A stretch of DNA of 34,551 nucleotides from an uncultured Barnesiella sp. (lineage in GTDB: Bacteria > Bacteroidota > Bacteroidia > Bacteroidales > Barnesiellaceae_A). The notes under the pieces were generated by a model, which saw only the letters and a list, made by a program, of their open reading frames with translations, searched no databases and was not told the DNA's origin. Where the stretch lies: the NCBI GenBank assembly GCA_904502265.1, contig CAJGDT010000001.1, positions 1 through 34,551 of the forward strand. The letters run 5' to 3'. The position numbers were made by a program, and so were the translations under genes. Below are positions 33,923-34,551 of the stretch, piece by piece; within the stretch, counting starts at the first letter, position 1; every line of letters starts with the position of its first letter.

Positions 33923-34551
33923 TTAGAGTTTTGTTACAGTGTAGTAGGGTGTTTGAGCGCAGAAGTAGAAGCGTACTTCGTAGTCGCCGGCCTCTTCAAC
34001 CTTGAAGTTACCACCATCAGCAACGAGAGTACCGTCGCCGGCACCTGCATCACCATAGTTGATAGCCCAGTCAGAGTTGGCACGAATCTTGAACTCAGCA
34101 CCTGCGTCCAATGTAGCAGTAGCTACCAAGTAGTCCATACCATCCTCTGTAGAGAGAGTCATGGCGATGTCGGGGTTAGTACCCCACTCGTTGAATGTAC
34201 CTACAAGACCCCAAGTTTCAACTGTGCGGAGGATAGTGAGTGTGAGGTTGGTTGCATCGAATGCTACCTCGTAGCTGAAGCCTGCATATTGAGTAATGTT
34301 GCCTGCACCACCGTCGGTAGAGAGGAGCATAGTAGTAGCCTCTGCAGCAGCTTCTTCGCCTGCACCGTAGTTAATACCGCTCCAGTCCTCTTGAGTAGAG
34401 ATCTTCCAACCGTTAGCGCCTTGGCCGTTCAATACGAGCCAGCCTTGTGCGGGTGCACCGGCTACGCTGTAAAGACGTTGACCGTTAGTTTGGCTCCAAC
34501 CGCTGAAGTCACCTACAACGAAGTACTCAACAACGTCGGGAACTACCTCTA
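33923..34551 (-). CDS. SusE/SusF-like starch-binding outer-membrane protein (partial, 5' end outside window)
   Basis: The frame stays open upstream of the listed TTG start to the window edge. It has repeated beta-sandwich CBM-like units with WGLVGTFNEWG...IRANSDWAINYG, typical of SusE/F starch-binding domains. Confidence 0.7.
   Translation of the reverse strand, partial: EVVPDVVEYFVVGDFSGWSQTNGQRLYSVAGAPAQGWLVLNGQGANGWKISTQEDWSGINYGAGEEAAAEATTMLLSTDGGAGNITQYAGFSYEVAFDATNLTLTILRTVETWGLVGTFNEWGTNPDIAMTLSTEDGMDYLVATATLDAGAEFKIRANSDWAINYGDAGAGDGTLVADGGNFKVEEAGDYEVRFYFCAQTPYYTVTKL

Overview
This looks like a Bacteroidales (Bacteroidota) chromosomal segment. The basis is TAnnTTTG -7 promoter boxes upstream of many genes, two proteins with T9SS C-terminal sorting domains, a SusE/F-like gene, and the synteny purH-mreB-mreC-mreD-mrdA-rodA. 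Most of the window is housekeeping: purH and the elongasome operon, an FtsB-like gene, an M16 peptidase, an NfsA-like nitroreductase, tRNA-Tyr(GTA), ribH with a TPR protein, and mrp-pgi-gpsA-lysS. The right end carries part of a starch-utilisation locus (T9SS-sorted GH13 amylase and a partial SusE/F-like gene). Four regions are not ordinary. (1) 19414-24432 is a self-contained accessory Hsp70 module: a GrpE-like protein, a lidless 530-aa Hsp70, and an 840-aa membrane protein. That protein has two degenerate J-like modules (invariant KLHSNNREIIE where HPD would sit), two beta-rich repeats, a TM bundle, an SH3b domain and a Mip-type FKBP PPIase. The Hsp70 has Ala at the DnaK-R167 equivalent, which suggests a private J/Hsp70 pairing. 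(2) Divergently adjacent at 18171-19248 is an orphan phage-type lysis cassette: a 2-TM holin-like protein, an M15 endolysin, and a lipoprotein with a C-terminal TM (unimolecular-spanin topology). The genes are joined by ATGA overlaps, use atypical codons, and have no other phage genes nearby. (3) About 30106-30445 is a promoter-to-terminator unit with no ORF. It holds a dense AGGTT/AGATTG motif array and GNRA-capped hairpins, so it is a candidate novel sRNA. (4) 1108-1310 is a long leader with an intrinsic terminator immediately upstream of a His-rich ORF of unknown function. All calls come from reading the sequence and ORF translations by eye; no database searches were run.
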